The position numbers and the translations under genes were made by a program. A DNA stretch of 63,998 nucleotides, counting the filler, from Saprolegnia diclina VS20 (taxonomy: Eukaryota): NCBI RefSeq assembly GCF_000281045.1. It is 7 parts of 2 records of this genome, joined end to end, with 100 filler letters (N's around TTAATTAATTAA, not from the genome) between each part and the next. Parts side by side here need not be neighbours in the genome. Positions count along the whole stretch, not along the records: positions 58,906 to 61,568 come from NW_008246114.1; positions 61,669 to 62,861 come from NW_008246114.1; positions 62,962 to 63,998 come from NW_008246114.1; 4 more parts are not named here. One strand, given 5' to 3'. The notes beneath the pieces are model-generated. The model saw only the letters and a program-made list of their open reading frames with translations. It was not told the origin of the DNA and made no database searches. Positions 60,379-63,998 of this stretch are shown here, in pieces. Position 1 is the stretch's first letter. Every line of letters starts with the position of its first letter.

Positions 60379-61568
60379 ATGATTTCGACGCCGCAAGAGG
60401 GCGGTCGCGGAAGTTTCTCCTTCAGCGAGCGCGGGTCGTTCACTTCTGACGCGCCACCGCTGCGGCCATCGCTCATTGCGCGCGACATCCAGGCCATCCC
60501 CGAAGACGACACCAAGGGTTCTCGCCGCTTCAAGGGCCGCCTTCGCGTACGTCCTCCCGTTGCTATATGAATATTAAGGACTCTCGTAGACGTGGCCAGG
60601 CATTCTGCTGCTGCTTGGTATCATCGGCGGCGCAATTGCCACGATCGTCTTGATGAGCGCTTCGATGGGCCACGAGGCCAAGGACCGAATGCACGAGATG
60701 CAGAAGCGGATCGCGGACGCCCAAGCCATCACCGACGGTGTGACGTCGCATGACGAAGAGCGCTACCTCGTCGAGGACGACGGGCAAATCAATAACCCGC
60801 GCGTGTACCCGCCGAGTGGGTGCCAACTGCCCAACTACGTCAGCAAGAATGGACGTATTGTCGCTACCGCCAAGAACGGCACCGAGGTTCCGCTGCAGAT
60901 CAAGGGCGTCAACTGGTTTGGCATGGAAACGTACGTGGCCATTTCATTTTATTTTTTTATTTTATGATTGTGGAAAATATGTCATGTGACAATGTGTATG
61001 TATGTACTAGTGGCCTCGAAGCGCCGTTTGGCCTTTTTGACAACGACAAGGCCGGCACCACTGTGGTACGTTGGCTCGCCTATTTTCCTAACGTTTTGGA
61101 GACCCTAAACCCACTATGATTCTAGTATGCGATCGCGCAGTTTCTCGCCAAGAACAAGTTCAACTCGGTGCGTATTCCGCTCTGCGTCAAGAACATTTTG
61201 AACAACAAGCCGCACACGTCCTCGGTCATCAACCGCGCGACAAACCGCGCGTTGGATCTGAGCTCGTACTTGAGTCTTCTCCAGTCGGTCACAACGTCAC
61301 TGGGCTACCGTCAGATCTCGATCATGCTCTCCATGCACACGCTCGACATCCGAAACGAAGAGAGTCCGCTCTGGTACAGTCCGCAGACGTCGGTCGACGA
61401 TTTCTTAAAGGCGATCGACATGCTCACGGCCGCGCTCTGCTCCGACAAGTACTGGAACGTCCTTGGCATTGACGTCAAGAACGAACCCTCGACGGCAACG
61501 TGGGGTGAAGGCGGCGCGAACGACTTCAAGCTCGGCGCCGAGCTCATTGGCGCGCGCATTCTCAAGGG
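60379..61568 (+). CDS. Membrane-anchored glycoside hydrolase family 5 (endoglucanase), 3 short introns, 3' end in gap
   Basis: N-terminal TM WPGILLLLGIIGGAIATIVL; IKGVNWFGMET, FNSVRIPL, LSMH, and acid/base motif DVKNEP. Confidence 0.92.
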
Positions 61569-62321
61569 NNNNNNNNNNNNNNNNNNNNNNNNNNNNNNNN
61601 NNNNNNNNNNNNTTAATTAATTAANNNNNNNNNNNNNNNNNNNNNNNNNNNNNNNNNNNNNNNNNNNNTGCGTCGTCGGTGACGTCCGTAGGCGTGGACG
61701 TGGCGTTGGAGTAGATCATGTAGGCCAGCCCGGCGGTCAAGGCAGCCATCGTAGCGCGGCCAAAGTAAGCAGTCATGTTCGTCGTAGCAAGTTGGATCGA
61801 AAATGGCAAACGATGTTTTGCTCATGCCTTTTCAAGGGCGTAAAAGCTATCGAGCGTCCGATTCGACTTGTTGTTTGTATGCCGAGTGTAAAGGGTGGGA
61901 GCTGAAATAGGGAAAATCTTGCAGCCTTAAGCCCCGGCTTGAAGCTCTAGTACACATATAGGAACGCTAAGGACTGAAGACGTACATAGACAGCTATTGC
62001 TCGTGCTTCGTGTCCATATTCACCGTGTCTTTGCTCCAACCAAGGATACGCGTCTCGTATCGACGTCAAGTTTTGATATCCGAATGAAGCTACCAACTCA
62101 GCACTCCTAGTGGATAGTACAGTTTCCTTCTGCGGCTTGATGACAGGCACACTGAACAAGCGCGTGTTCAGTTGTCTCCCGTTTCGACGTTGACAATCCC
62201 GATGCACGTGTCCTCGCCGCTCGACGCGCCACGTCATGATGAGTTGTCCGAAACCGTCGTCGTGAGTGATGGTCACCGTCATCGAACGCCAGGATCTCGA
62301 GCTCATTCGTCCACTGACATC

Positions 62322-62861
62322 ATGGTTGCCAAGCGTCGGAGTATCTACAGCACGATGACCAAGGGTCCTATTCACACGGGCGCCACGCTGCGCTTCACCC
62401 ACGGCCCGTACTACGCGCCGTCACCGGACGTTGTCGCCGACGAGGGCATGACCCGCGAGGACATTGCAGCGCGCATCCACCGCATCGAGTGCGCCAAGCG
62501 AGTCGTGTGCTACTGTCGGCCCGTACTACGCGCCGTCACCGGACGTTGTCGCCGACGAGGGCATGACCCGCGAGGACATTGCAGCGCGCATCCACCGCAT
62601 CGAGTGCGCCAAGCGAGTCGTGTGGTACTATGGTGCAGAAACGTACGCTTTTGTCTCGCAAGACGTCGACGATTTGGCTCTCGTCTTTGGGATCTGCGAT
62701 GCGACGACCCTCGAGGAGCTCTCGGCCGCCGACACGACTCGTCTCGACAAGCTCGTTCACAACGTTCACACCATGGCCCAGTCCAAGCAGCTGGCCATTT
62801 GGCGCGTGCACCGACGCCTCGCCATGCTGGAGCGTGAACGCGACATGTGCGAGGCACTGGG
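62322..62861 (+). CDS. Hypothetical protein, partial, with a 115-bp tandem duplication
   Basis: Inr-like GCTCATTC upstream; MVAKRRSIYSTMTKG...; the frame becomes continuous if one 115-bp copy (62402 or 62517) is removed. Confidence 0.5.
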
Positions 62862-63998
62862 NNNNNNNNNNNNNNNNNNNNNNNNNNNNNNNNNNNNNNN
62901 NNNNNTTAATTAATTAANNNNNNNNNNNNNNNNNNNNNNNNNNNNNNNNNNNNNNNNNNNNCCTTTTGCCAAGCGTTGGTGCGTCGACGCCTGAGGAATA
63001 GTCACGGACTGTGGGATGACGATAGAGCATCGCGCTGCGCTCTTGCAAGAGCCCGTCATTGGCGTTGGTCGCTCGGCCTGTGGCCGCTGGTCTGTGATGG
63101 TGCCACCTGCAAAACGCCTGATAGAAGCGTACGTTCGGTCCGAAAATCATACTTTGGCCTGCTTCAGGTTGAGTTTGCCAATCAAGTACGCACACTATAT
63201 GCATTTCTTGATATCGTGTGATGCAAAAGCGTCATATGGTGTTACACGGCAAATTCACGCTACCACAGCGATTGTACCGTGCATTCACTCAAATTCCTGC
63301 AAAACCACTGGCTTGTATGCGGAAACACGTGGTTTTGTGCGGATTTCGACGCGCCATGCAGAAATTAACGACTGGATTCGGTGTTCGGCGTGTTCAATAC
63401 ATGAGGATCACCGACTTTTGCAAACACAGCAATGCTAGAATTTACATTTAACCTCGAGATTAAGACGTCTCCATGGCGACGAGGCGTTCTCGTCATGGAC
63501 GGTCGCCTTGGAGACGTTGAAAAACACCACGGAGCTCCAATGGCCCACTGGAGTCGACGCGACCAGCCAGATCTTCCCGTCCTATTTTGCTTTATCAGTC
63601 CATTCTTTTAACGCTAATGATGTATTTTGGTTTTGTTTTTGCCAAACTTCCTACACCGTCGCTACTCGTCCATAGCTCCACGGTATCTTGTGACATCGGC
63701 GGAGATGCAGAAACCGTGTGCGCTTGGACTGGATCATCATCGGCGCTGCTGCTACCTTACACTGCGCACGCGTCGGTATGCATATATGGTTTGTATAAAT
63801 AAAAATGCAGCCTGGAGACACACGCCGCCGTACTCTGCGTTCATCGCCAACGAAAAGCTCAGCACATACCAAATAACCACACAAGGCTGCAAGATTTTCC
63901 CTATTTCAGCTCCCACCCTTTACACTCGGCATACAAACAACAAGTCGAATCGGACGCTCGATAGCTTTTACGCCCTTGAAAAGGCATGAGCAAAACAT

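Noticed and set aside
61669..61777. Short hydrophobic ORF next to a gap
   Set aside because: Too short to support a call.
62402..62630. Direct repeats as a CRISPR-like array
   Set aside because: Only two adjacent copies inside coding sequence, no spacers, eukaryotic context.
14433..62917. Repeated TTAATTAATTAA motif
   Set aside because: Always embedded in N-runs; scaffolding linker, not biological.

Overview
Eukaryotic, GC-rich, draft-quality scaffold. It is almost certainly an oomycete (Saprolegnia/Achlya-like; inferred from ~50-60 nt GTAC..AG introns, oomycete Inr/FPR promoter motifs, a membrane-anchored GH5 and gene-family content). N-gaps include six artificial TTAATTAATTAA linkers, so contig order across those joins is unverified. 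The window is a patchwork of tandem gene arrays: three secreted Cys-rich proteins; two cellular RNA-dependent RNA polymerases plus an inverted, internally deleted RdRP remnant on a shared divergent promoter; a LEA-like protein; six RBR E3 ligase genes or fragments (most with a C-terminal membrane anchor); six PX + RING-H2 genes plus a PX-only fragment; a truncated, mitochondrially targeted acyl-CoA-synthetase-fold protein; three OPA/GlpT-type MFS transporters; two F-box-like/RNI-LRR genes plus a remnant; and a GH5 endoglucanase. The best candidates for something undescribed are the PX-RING-H2 E3 family and its co-location with RBR, F-box-LRR and RdRP arrays (a possible RNAi/ubiquitin defence or membrane quality-control neighbourhood). 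The functional link is inference only.
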